Shown in pieces: positions 1 to 11,534 of a stretch of DNA of 64,000 bases. Below the pieces are notes generated by a model. It was given only the letters and a program-made list of their open reading frames with translations, had not been told where the DNA came from and made no database searches. The DNA lies in contig NC_045707.1 of assembly GCF_009834535.1 (NCBI RefSeq), forward strand, positions 63,242,001 to 63,306,000, written 5' to 3'. A program made the position numbers and the translations under genes. This DNA is from Camelus ferus. Lineage: Eukaryota. Position 1 is the stretch's first letter. The number at the start of each line of letters is the position of its first letter.

Positions 1-550
1 TTGATTAATTGGCTAGAGTGGCTCACAAGAACTCAGAGAAACATTTTACTTACTAGACATCAGGTTGAATATAAAGAGCTATTAACTCAGGAACAGCCAG
101 GTAGAAGAGATACACAGGGCAAGGTATGGGGAGGGGCACAGAGTTTCCATGCCCTCTACCGATGACCCACGCTCTCCCATCTCCACATGTTCACCAGCCT
201 GGAAGCTCTTCAAACCATGTCCTCGCTGGGTTTTATGCATGCGTCGTTACATGGGCATGGTTGATTAAATTATTGACCACTGGTAATTGATTCAACCTCC
301 AGTCCCTCTCCCCTCCCTCCCTCCCTCCCTTCTCCTCAAAGGTCAGAGAGTGGGACTGTAAGTTCCAACCCTCTAGTCATCTCCTTGGTTGTCCTGGCAA
401 CCAGCCCCCATCCTCAGGGGCCATCCAGAAGTCACTTCATTAACATAACAAAAGACACTTCACCCCTCTCTTCACTTAGGGAATTCCAAGGATTTCAGAA
501 AGGAACACAGAACAAACATACTTTTCTTATTATCAATCACAATAGCACAA
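1..550. mobile_element. MER21-like ERV LTR (partial, cut by the window start)
   Basis: Motifs ctagagtggctcaca-gaactcagagaaaca and caggaacagccag...cacagggcaaggtatgggga resemble MER21. The segment ends in ...cacaatagcaca. Confidence 0.7.
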
Positions 551-574
551 TGACTTTAGCCACTAAACCTTTTT

Positions 575-725
575 AAGGCTCAGTTTTCCCCTCTGTAAAA
601 TAAAGATGGTGGTAATACTAATCACATTAAGATACCAGAATTCAGTGAGAAAGTGGATGTGAAATGGTTAGCAAATGCCTTCTATGTAGTAAGACCTCAG
701 TGTCAGTTATCACTGTTGCTGCCCT
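575..725 (+). mobile_element. MIR SINE fragment
   Basis: MIR core ctcagttttccc-tctgtaaaat. Confidence 0.6.
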
Positions 726-958
726 TAGTATTAGGTATGTATTAAATTCCAAGTGATACGTTAGAAAAATCGTAACTGTCATGGAGGTAAGCCTTAACAA
801 AAGACAAATCCCCCCAAAAGCCAAAAATCACTTAAAATAATATCATTTAAAAATAAAAACTAAAAAGGATAAGATTTATCTTCTGATTGTTAATTTTTTT
901 CCCTAGTGTATATGTATGTCATTTATAATAAAGCAAAGTTAAATACTAGTGTTATGCA

Positions 959-1004
959 AATATCATCTATCACTTATGTGTGGAACCTAAAAATAAGATA
1001 CAAA
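959..1004 (+). mobile_element. 46-bp L1 3'UTR fragment between 12-bp direct repeats
   Basis: tatcacttatgtgtggaacctaaaaa resembles L1 sequence at 39565-39590. It is flanked by tagtgttatgca at 947-958 and 1005-1016. Confidence 0.7.
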
Positions 1005-1413
1005 TAGTGTTATGCATATAAAAAAGGAGAAAATGACTAACACCTTCCCGAAGTATTCTATTTTTAAAAATTGCGTATCCTCAGCAGATTATCTTAACTG
1101 TATACAAAATAATTCAAGAGAGAAATGATTTTAATCCATTAATGTTCTCCTCTAATTGAAAATTACTTTCTTCAAGCAAAGACGTAAAGTGCTCTAGGTA
1201 AGAAGATTCAAGAGCATTACTCTACTAGCAAAATGTTTCAGTAATCATAGCCTCCTTAATTAAGACCCTTTTTCCTCGAATCTGAACAGCATACAATTTA
1301 CAGTGAAATCAAATAGGTGATTTAACAAAATATATGTAATCTATAATCCAGTCCTGATATGTTTTATTTAAAACGGTCTCTGTAAACTATGGTTGTGGTT
1401 TACTTCTAAGTTT

Positions 1414-1415
<2 letters not shown>

Positions 1416-1452
<37 letters not shown>
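1416..1452. repeat. (CA)n microsatellite
   Basis: Perfect AC dinucleotide run. Confidence 0.98.
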
Positions 1453-1455
<3 letters not shown>

Positions 1456-3155
1456 TAGTAATAACTTGATAGATGTTTTTTGCCTGTGTCTCTGCTGAGT
1501 CCTCAGTCCCCCACGGTTTGAGAATATGCAATACTCAGTTAAACGGAAGCTCCGGAGGTGCACAGCTGCAATTGTGTATAACAAATACCTTTACGCTGAG
1601 AGTTCCTGTGACTCTATGAACTCTGATTTTGCTTACACCTTCATATTAAAGAGATGTATGTGTAGTTTAAGATGTGTATCTCCTTTGGAAAAAAAGATTA
1701 CTCATACCAACAGTAGTTAATACCAATGCTTAGTTTTCTACATTGCCATGGAAAAAAAATCTCAAAAATCAGGAAACGACTTTAATACCAATAAACTTGA
1801 AGACCTTGCAAAATACTGTCTGATTTTCACTATTTAAAATGACTCACTTGACTAATACACAGGGAAACATACTTGCTTAATTGAAAGAATTGAACACACC
1901 TCCATAAATATCTAATCTATATTCACCAAATGTCACTTTCTGATATTCATCTGTCAGTATGCTCACAAAAAGTAAAAATCACAAACAGCAAGATTCCCAT
2001 TTATTAGATTAAAAAACTTAGGTCCAGAGAGATTTTTGGCCCAAGATTAAATAGTGAGTTAGTGGCAGAGTAAGAAATTAAAACTGAGATAACTGAACTC
2101 CATTTTCTTCCTTAGTAGCTTGTTCACCTACATTTCAAAACAGACTACAGACCATTGAAATACAGAGGCAATTAAAAAACCTAGAAATTTGTCAGTCATT
2201 TATCATTGAAACGTTACTCTTTTTTAAAGAGTCGTTGATTTTTTAAAGGCATAAGAAAGACTACAGTTTAATAAAGAATAAGTAGAAAAGAACAATTTTT
2301 ATTTTGATTAAACTTGTTCAGGAATCATCTAAAATCCAGTGAAAGGAAGTTATTTTGCAGATTATATGCCTCATCAATTAGACACTGGGTTTAATTTGAA
2401 CTTCCTGCATGCAAATTTTAGCTTTTGCCAAGAAGTTCAGTGGTTTTCATGATAAAAAAAACTGTTACTTGCTGAGAAATGTAGCTCACAGATTTGACAG
2501 TTATGTTCTTAGGCGAATCAGACAATAAATAAATCATCTCTATTTCCTATACTTTACTAAGCAGCACAGGAATGATTTATAATTATTATTATTAAACAAG
2601 ACAAAAGTATCAAGTTCCACATAGGATTATTCTGGAAATTGAAAATTGACCCACTTGCTGGATAAAATGGTTTCCTAGTAAGAATTAGATATTCTTCTCC
2701 TGAAAACTCAATTGTATGATCTAATGGTTAGGAGATCCTCCTCAGCACTTGTGAAGATTTTTCTAACACTGGCCTTCGGGTAATACCTGGAGTTTAATTT
2801 TTCTATAACTTGGAAATGCCTCAAGTCTGGACTAGTAAGAATGTTTTTATTGACATTAAGTACGTAATACTTCACTTTGCATCTCTTGAAGAAAGGGGAT
2901 CATGAGGGTCCCTTACTAATCCCCTACCCCATTTACAAATGCAGTTCTGTTTGTATTTTTATCTATTTTGGGGCTCAAAATAAGATTTCATTTTTTAAAA
3001 TTGGGTTCTACTGACTTAGGATCATTAAGAAGCTGTCCAAATTTACAGACAGGGGGAAAAAAATAGTGAAGTGGGGGTGATTTACAATAAAACACTGATT
3101 TTTTCAATAATTCATTTATCTAATACATATTTATTAAGTATCTGTTATATGTCAG

Positions 3156-3709
3156 TGCAGGAGAGTGGGGAGAAAAACTTTCTTTTCTTCTTCTAGGTTC
3201 TCCTGATTGATCCAAGAATAAAGTGAAACGAGGCAGATTAACAGGAGAGAATCGAATTTAATTACGTACATCCAGGGCTTCCATAAGACTATGGGGCCCA
3301 AGGACAAGTCAGGTCACTCAAGGTTACCTGCCACCTGGGGGAAGGAGAAGCCTGAAGGATCTGGGGACTTCAGAGGGAAGGAAGGCAGTTTACAGGAAGA
3401 TGGAAAAGAGCACAGTTTTGGTAAACAAACGTCTGCTGGGCCAGGCAGAGACAATGGGATACAGAGAGGACTTCACTAAACAAGACTCGCTAAGTTCCCC
3501 CAAGTCTACCACACCTAGTTCATAGTATCCTGTAGTTATCTGTGGTGACAGTTCATCCTGAAAATGGCCCTTTACCTACACTCTTTAAGGCAGTTAAGAG
3601 GAGGAGGTAAAAGCTCTTCCTGGGCTCTTTGTTTCTTAAACAATCAGCCCCAAACAATCCTCAAGACATAGGACATGTTTTGGGGGTAGCAAACTTTTGT
3701 TGCCCTACA
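3156..3709 (-). mobile_element. ERV1-class solo LTR
   Basis: TG...CA termini with a 4-bp TSD tcag (3152-3155, 3710-3713). Removing it restores the L2 tail. Orientation is tentative. Confidence 0.8.
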
Positions 3710-5397
3710 TCAGGCACCAAGAAACCACACATGGTTAACAAGATAAAATTCCTGCCCTCATGAAACTTCCAACTGAGTAAGTAGATACTGTTGCATGAAT
3801 GGCAAAATATACAACACAATGGCATATATATGCTATAAAGAAAAAAACCAAGAGGGACAAGGATATGGGGTCTAATGGGTGGTTGCTTTTCACAAGATCA
3901 TCAGGGAACGTCTGTCTCTACTTTTGATAGGAGGTGGCATTTGAACACATTCTCCAATTATGTCTCTAGTGAAAAGCATTTCAGACTGAAGGAACAAAAA
4001 CGTTAAGTTTCTGAGGAGGAAATGAGTGCTGTATTCAAGTCAGCATAAAAAGCTGGCATTAATAGAGAATAATAAGCCCAAAGGCAATGGTGGGTTTGGT
4101 CAAAAAGGTAACCAGGGGTCAGATCGTGGGGGGAGGGGGGGTCCTACAGGCTGACGTAGGACTTGTTCTAAATCAGGTGAGAGGCAACAGAGGGGGAGAC
4201 TGATGGAATGTGATTTATATTTTTAAAAGCTCACTCTCAGTGTTGTTGAGACAACAGAATCAAGTAATAGGGAACGTTGCAAGAAAGAGTAATTCAGAGG
4301 CTGGTTCAATAACCCAGGAGGAAGAAGACGGTGACTTGGACTAGGGAGAATTAGTAAGAGACAGAGTGTATTTTCAAGGCGAAAGCCTATAGGACTTGCT
4401 GATGGATTGCAATAAGGATGCACAGAAGACAAGAATCAAGACCGACTCTTCAGTCTTTTACCTGAGTATCCTGGCCCCTGGGTTACCATTTGATAAAACA
4501 AAGAAGATGGAAGAAGGAGCAGGCTTGGTGGGGGAAACAAGAGTTCTATATGTGGGATATGCATGTTTGCTTATTTGACATCACAAATGTGCTGGAGCTC
4601 ACAGAAGGTCAGAGGCAAAGATACAAATGTGTAAGTTGTCAGCATACATATGGCTCCAATGCCACAAGACTGGATAAATCTAATAGGGAGAGACTCAACA
4701 GGGAAAAAAAAAAGAGAGAGAGAGAGAGCAAGGCTTCCATTCTTGGAATATTAAATATGTAGACATTAAGAAAATGAGAACTCAGGAAAGAAGTCTGAGG
4801 AAAAAAAAAAAAGCCAGTGAAGTAGGAAGATGCTACGTAACATTCCAGAAGCTAAGGGAAGAACGTTTTGAAGGACTGAGTGATCAACTCTATCAAACAC
4901 TATTGAGGGCCAAGTAAAATAAAGACCCTCAACCGACCATTAGACACAACCTTAGAGTCACTGGTGACACTCCAACCTGATTGAAGAGAGTCTTAAAGGA
5001 CAAGGAGGTAAGGAAAAGAGACAGTACAGAAAATACTCTGAAGAATTTTGCTATAAATAGGAACCAAAAAATCATAGCTAGAGTGGAAATCAAGGTCAAG
5101 GACTATTGTTCATTTATTTAACACAGGATATATTAAAGCCTGTTTATTTCAAGATAATCTAGTTTGACGGGGGGATGGGGGGTAGGGGAATGTGATGATG
5201 CAAGACAGAGACAATAACTTCAAGAGCAAAGTCTTAAGAGCGTCCAGAAAATATAGAATCAAGGCCATCGTGGAGAAGTTGGCCTCATATGGAAGCACAA
5301 AATATCTGTCCATCATTCCAAGAGGCAAGACAAGTGGATGCAGGTGATGAAAGAAGGAAATTCACTTCTGATCACTTCTATTTTTTTATGAAATATG

Positions 5398-5832
5398 TGG
5401 TCATAAATTTACAGGGAATACCTTGACCAAATCAGTGCGGGCACAGGATAGGCACAGAGCAGGGTTTAACCAGGGCGGAGGTTTTGCCAGGTGAGAATGA
5501 TGGAGAGGGGGCCAAAGGAGCTGAAGATGTCAGCAAGGGAATGATTAAAGGATTACAGGGGTGCCCATGTCCTCTAACCTGGGTGAAACGGGACCTAGGA
5601 TAGGAGAGGAGGGATGGCTGAGAAAATGTGTAGAATTAAGGGGTCAGGAACCCCCAGGAGAAGGAGGTGAAGTACCGTTGGAGCAGAAGAGGTGGCAGAA
5701 CAAGGCTGTGAAGACAGGATGTTGCAGGCAAGGAGTGGAATGCTTGAGATTAAGACGTTTCCAGGTGGTACAGCTATTGGAGATGACGGCATCCAGGTAC
5801 GACCATGGACTGGACGTGGTCCATGGAAAAGA
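5398..5832. repeat. Left arm of 435-bp inverted repeat
   Basis: Manual alignment to the reverse complement of 7646-8080 shows no gaps and about 24 mismatches. Confidence 0.97.
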
Positions 5833-7049
5833 CTTTTAAATTAGGCAACTGGACTTACACCTCAGATCTATACATCTAATAATAATAGACATTATTATGA
5901 TTAATGCAATGCCTCTTCTCAGCGTACTAAATTCACCAAGCCTCACGTTTATGCCATCCTAGCCCATGTTTTCAGAACTCGAGCCCCAGGAAGGTGGTCC
6001 TCACCTTACCTGAGGCTTTGGTGCAGTTATTCCTGGGGAGGGAAGCACGGAACAGGGAAAGGGTGGGGAAGGAGAGTGCTTAAGCAAACAGTCAATCTCA
6101 GGGGACACATCACATGTTTCAGAATCCATCATATTTTTAAACCAAGCAAATAGGAAAATTGAGGATCTGCTCTGGCAGTGTCATATTTTGTGTATCTGTT
6201 GTCAAACATATCAGTCACTGAAGATTCAAGATGGAAAAAAATCTACAAATAAATGATCACAAAAGAGGAAATACACTGATCCTCTTTCTGGGATGGCGGT
6301 TGATTTATTTTGAACAATATAATACTGTGTTAGAGTTGACACGTTTTTAGTACTGAACCTAGACAGTGAATCTCAGATCGTTGAGCTCAGATGTGAAGTG
6401 TGTCACAAGTATCATAAAGATGTTACTGCAAAGTACATGATAGTGTTAAAGCTTACTATTAATGAGTTCTTTCTTTCTTTAAAAATATAATGGAATCAAG
6501 GTTAATATGTCAGTACAATTCCCATACATTTGCTTTCTGCAATGCTTCACTGGGAGAGAATGAATGGGTTGGAATGACAATTAATAATTCATCTGGCTCA
6601 TGTGAACATACTTGGATATGCACTCCCCACGTGCACCGAGGGTGGCAAAAGTTTAAGAAATACGAGCTTAGACAATTAATTGCATAGACTTAGAAATGTT
6701 AAGATGAACTATTTTTAGGCCTACCTTAATGTGCTTAATTTAAATGTGTGAGTAGTCACCAGTGTCTAATAAATGGGGCAAGACAACACTTCCTGAGCAA
6801 TCAAATTCTAAACACTGAGAAGTTCGCCTCCTAGTCCAGGTCAGATGGATTCTAAACATGCCACTTTCAACTGGATTTAAAGGAGAGCCACAGAGCAGTG
6901 AGTATTTGTGACACGACTTTTAACCCCTCTCATCTCCCAACATAGCTCCTCCTTCTCTTAGGCATAGCAAACTGCTAAGAAAAAACTGTACGAAGAAGAA
7001 GGTCATAATGAGATTTTACTATGGACCTTCCTTAATAGACGATCAATCC

Positions 7050-8255
7050 TATTCAACTCAGATCCTCATAATCCCAAGCACCCAGGACATATCTCATCCT
7101 CTTGAGTCTTTGCCGTATTTATACGTGTAGGTTCCCCAGTCCGATCCTAATTCACATTTGTTCCAAGCTCTTTCATTCTACCCCTTGGAACTCTCTCTGT
7201 GTCATTAACAAATTCTCCTATCTCCTTAATTACCTTGCTGAATGTTTTGTTTCCTTTTTAACTCTAATTGAAATTTGGCTGTATCTTGAAGGACACTATT
7301 CTCCTGTGGCTCTCTCAAATGGGGGATAATTTTTCTTTCACATCCCACAACATACAAGCCTGCAAGTGTCATCCTTGTTGCTTAAAGCTATTTATAGGGT
7401 AAGTAGCTTCTCTACCACCTCCCTAAAAACCCCAGCTTCCTGAGTAGACGCAAGCGAATTATACCACCTGCTTCCTGAATTCATCTGCTGTTGCCTCCCA
7501 GGCACTGCATTTCATTAAATGATGTATCACTGCTGATCCTGAAATGCTTTGTTTCTACCTCTGTCATCCTTCTTGGATGTTTCAATGTCCATATTGATAA
7601 TCCCTCAAAGCTCCTCACAGGCCTTGATCTCCTTAGTTCTGCTGTTCTTTTTCATTGACCACATCCAGTCCATGGCCGTACCTGGATGCCGTCATCTCCA
7701 ATAGCTGTACCACCTGGAAACATCTTCATTTCAAGCATTCCACTCCTTGCCTGCAGAATCCTGTCTTCACAGCCTTGTTCCACCACCTCTTCTGCTCCAA
7801 CAGTACTTCACCTCCTTCTCCCGAAGGTCCCCGATCCCTTAATTCCACACATTTTCACAACCCTTCCTCCTCTCCTATCCTAGGTCCCGTTTCACCCAGG
7901 TTAGAGGACATGGGCACCCCTGTAATCCTTTAATCATTCCCTTGCTGACATCTTCAGCTCCTTTGGCCCCCTCTCCAACATTCTCACCTGGCAAAACCTC
8001 CGCCCTGGTTAAACCCTGCTCTGTGCCTATCCTGTGCCCGCACTGATTTGGTCAAGGTATTCCCTGTAAATTTATGACCATACAATACAGTGGGCTCCTA
8101 TGCGGTGCAGCAATTACACTATATTCTTGTCATTATTTTGCTCTTCCACTCTCCAAGACACTCATCTCACACCTCTCCCCGCCTCACATCTCCAGCCCAC
8201 CCCAGCCTCTCCTCAATCCCAGCCAGTCTCTACGATCGCCCTTCTTACTCTGAAA
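7050..8255 (+). mobile_element. L2 LINE, 5'/middle ORF2 portion
   Basis: Pyrimidine-rich L2 ORF2 relic (tctaattgaaatttggct...aggacact; cacctggcaaaacc...ctggttaaa; aaatttatgacca). Confidence 0.75.
7646..8080. repeat. Right arm of 435-bp inverted repeat
   Basis: Reverse complement of 5398-5832. The ORF track also shows near-identical peptides at 5595..5792(-) and 7686..7883(+). Confidence 0.97.
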
Positions 8256-8768
8256 CATTATCAGAAGTTGCAGAGAAAAATGGACATCTTAATCTTGACC
8301 AGAAAACCAAGGCTTCAAGACATTATTCACCTTTGGTGACAATGGGAAATAAATTATATAAGGCTATTTGATATCAATCATCATGTGAATATGTAATATA
8401 GAACATGAATATGTAATATGCAAAATGTGAATTTGTAATCAGTAGGTATAAATAAATTACATACAAATAGACAGTATTTAGCTTTTAAATGTATGCATTA
8501 ATAAACTGACATATAGTATATAAATAATATATATAATTATTATTTGTTACTACAAAGGTAAATTTCATTAATGTATTCTGTATATATTTATGAACAAAAC
8601 AATAGCCTTTAAGAGGAACAAAGTGTACGAATTATTTTGAATATACCAATTCAGTTTGATTCTCAAGCATTATAAAGAGTTTAGGGAAAAAAAGTCCCTA
8701 ATAAGGGTCTCTCGGTTCGAAGGACTTATAGTTTTCATATTGTTGAACAAAGGGGTGATCGAGTGAAG

Positions 8769-8997
8769 CAGGATTCAGCAAACTACAGCCTATGAGTCAA
8801 ACCTGTCCAGCCATCTGTTTTTGTAAATATAATCTTATTGGAACATAGCTGTGTTTATTCATTTACACGTTGTCTACAGTTGCTGCATTTTTGCTATCAT
8901 GGCAGAGTTGAAAAGTTGCAACTAAGACGGTATGGTTCCCAAAGCTGAAAATATTCTCTTTCTGACCCTTTACAGAGAAAGTTTGCTGCCCACCCTG
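8769..8997 (+). mobile_element. MER58A hAT-Charlie DNA transposon
   Basis: Terminal inverted repeats cagg..cagcaaact / agtttgctg..ccctg, and internal tgtttttgtaaat...ttattggaaca. Confidence 0.85.
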
Positions 8998-9286
8998 ATA
9001 TTGATTATGGAGACTTCTTTACATGATTAAAATTCTTTCTAATCAGATTTTTTTCACTACAGATGAGAGGGAGAGGTGAGGCAAAGTAACAGATATTTTG
9101 AAAGGTAAAACAACAATGTCTTCTTAAGTAACAAAAGTAACTCAAGCACAACAGAATTGCAATGGAAGGAGGCCTTGAGTAATTCAAGCAGTTGCTGCAG
9201 CCTTTATTTTGGCCTCGTCCTCCTTGTCATCACCACTGCAAACCTAAGGAAACAGCATTGAAAATGACTCAAGCCCATGCACGGAA

Positions 9287-9665
9287 GTATTAGTCAGCTT
9301 GGGCTGCCATAACAAAATACCTGAGTGACCGAAACAACAAAAAATTCATTTTCTCCCACTTCTGGAAGCTAGATACCTGAGTTCAGGTTGTCAGCATGGT
9401 TAGGTTCCAGTGAGAGCTCCCTTCCTCTTGTCTTGGCTTGAAAACAGCTGTCTTCTCCCTGTGTCCTCACCTGGAAGGTCCCTCTGTCTTCCTCTTCTTA
9501 TATAAACCATCAATCCTAATGGATGAAGACTCAACCCTTATGACCTCATTTAACCTCTAACACCTCCTAATTATCTCTTAATTACCTTCTATCTCCAAAT
9601 ACCGTCACAAGGAGAATTAAATCTTCAACATATGACTTTGGGGGAGATCCAATCCAGTCCATATA
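9287..9665 (-). mobile_element. MLT1A-type MaLR LTR
   Basis: tattagtc...gggctgccataacaaaatacc and cttatgacctcatttaacc. Confidence 0.85.
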
Positions 9666-11534
9666 TTAGGTATAAGAAATTACGATCTGGAGTATACCCA
9701 ATTTCTGCCACAGACATGGAGTATTGGTTTTGTCCACTAGAGAAATTTAGCTCATCAAGTTTCATGCCATTTACCAGCTGGCTTTATTAATATTAATAAA
9801 AATTGACAGGATATATCTCAATGTACTTAAGATGCTAAATGATCCTAAACATTATCAACCTACCAATTATTTTACAGCTTACTGAATATTTTTCAGTCTG
9901 TAAAACAGAAAGAATTGCTAAACAATTTAAAAGCTAAAACCATCCTATTTTATACTACTGAAGACACACTCTAGGTCATTCGTGAATTATTTCCCATATG
10001 AAGATAGAACCCACAAGGAAAAAAGTAAAGCTAATAAAGAATAAATCTAAGTTATAAACCATTTAAATTCCTCCAACTGAAAAATGGCATTTGGGACTCA
10101 CCCTCTCTTTCAAAATTACTCTTTCAAAAGCCTCTGAAATGCCCTAAAGGCTTCATTTACAGGTACCATATTAGATTTGCTCTGTTTGTGCATTACAACC
10201 TCCCTTATAGGTAAGGTTTACTTTTACACTTCTGTCTGTTTAACATTTCAAAGTCCATAAGCAGCAGCATCAAAATTCTCAAAGACACGAATGAAAGACT
10301 TTAAGGCTAAAACATGGCCCACTAGTCCGTTTTCCATTTGAAATCTCTCAAGAAGTTTTGGTCTCAATCCTAGATCCCCCCAGTGTCACGGCAGATAAAG
10401 TCATAATCTTAAAACTTTTTAAAATACTGATGTATGATGATAATTCATTGTCAAATCATTACATCAGTTTATATTAGCTAGAAATTTTTTTCTAAAGTTC
10501 TTTTTACTCGTAACAATCTCTGAAAATCCATCCAAGTTGAATTTTCTATAGATGCTGAGGACCTTTCTCGTATATTTGACAAGAAAGTCAACAAAGTAAA
10601 TATGCCTCACTCAGGTTACAAATAGCGCGTCTGCTTCTCACCTTACCAAATTATAGGTAGATATTCCATGGTTTACAACAAGGATGTGTATTGCCCTTTA
10701 TTATCTGATAAGATCAAAAACTTTAATGCCAAAGGCAAAGGGATGACCTGATTGACAACTTAGAACTCTTAAATCTTAGACATGATATCAATCAGTAAGT
10801 AATCACTGCAAATCTTTAAAGTGGAAACATCTGAAAAGTACTGAACTGGATAAGGAACACTGTCACAATGACATTGGAACAAAGAAAAGAAAAAAAAACG
10901 TATTTCGATTCTTTCTCTCTTATAGAGCATTTTGCCTTAATTGACTTTTAGATGGTTAACCTTGATTTACATAACCATCCCTCAGTCTCAGTTTCTTGAA
11001 AGGAAGCTATTTGGAAAAACCTTCTGATCTCAGTAGAAGCTATTTCAGCTCTAAAGTTTACGGCAATCGTCACCTTTCTTTTAAAACTGCCTGATCGGCA
11101 GTGCTCCTGTCAGCAGCGATCCCCAGCCTGGACTTTAATGAAATGGTCCTCCCTTTCTCTAGGGCTCTGGGTTACTATTCGGCTATAATTAATTCCAGAT
11201 TGACCAACGGCCAGTGGGGGAAGCAACTCACTCTCAGAAGGGGATTATCACAACCATTATTTTGTTCTAAATACAGCTGCTCTGTCTAGAAAATACAAAT
11301 CATCTTGCTGTGTCAATTTCAAATGACCAAGGGAAAGAGAATGAGGCATAAAAAGACTGTTCCCTTTCATTGTAGCTGCACAGAAAACGTGAGACGCCTG
11401 GGTGGGGTTGGGGGGAAGAAAGCTCATAGTTTTTCAAGCTTGTCACAATTTTCTAAACTGTAGTTGAGAGGAACAGACATAAACCTTCATTTGAAGTCCT
11501 ACTGTTAAGTGATAAACTCTGTTTATCCTCCTTT

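Larger units (their letters stand above)
3100..5832 (-). mobile_element. L2 LINE (3' end near 3100), interrupted by a solo LTR
   Basis: L2 tail in reverse (ttcatttatc...atttattaagtatc...atgtcag|gcac), followed by purine-rich reverse L2 ORF2 remnants. Confidence 0.8.

Noticed and set aside
5595..7883. Pair of near-identical 65-aa ORFs on opposite strands, resembling duplicated genes
   Set aside because: They lie in the L2-derived inverted-repeat arms and reflect DNA duplication, not coding potential.
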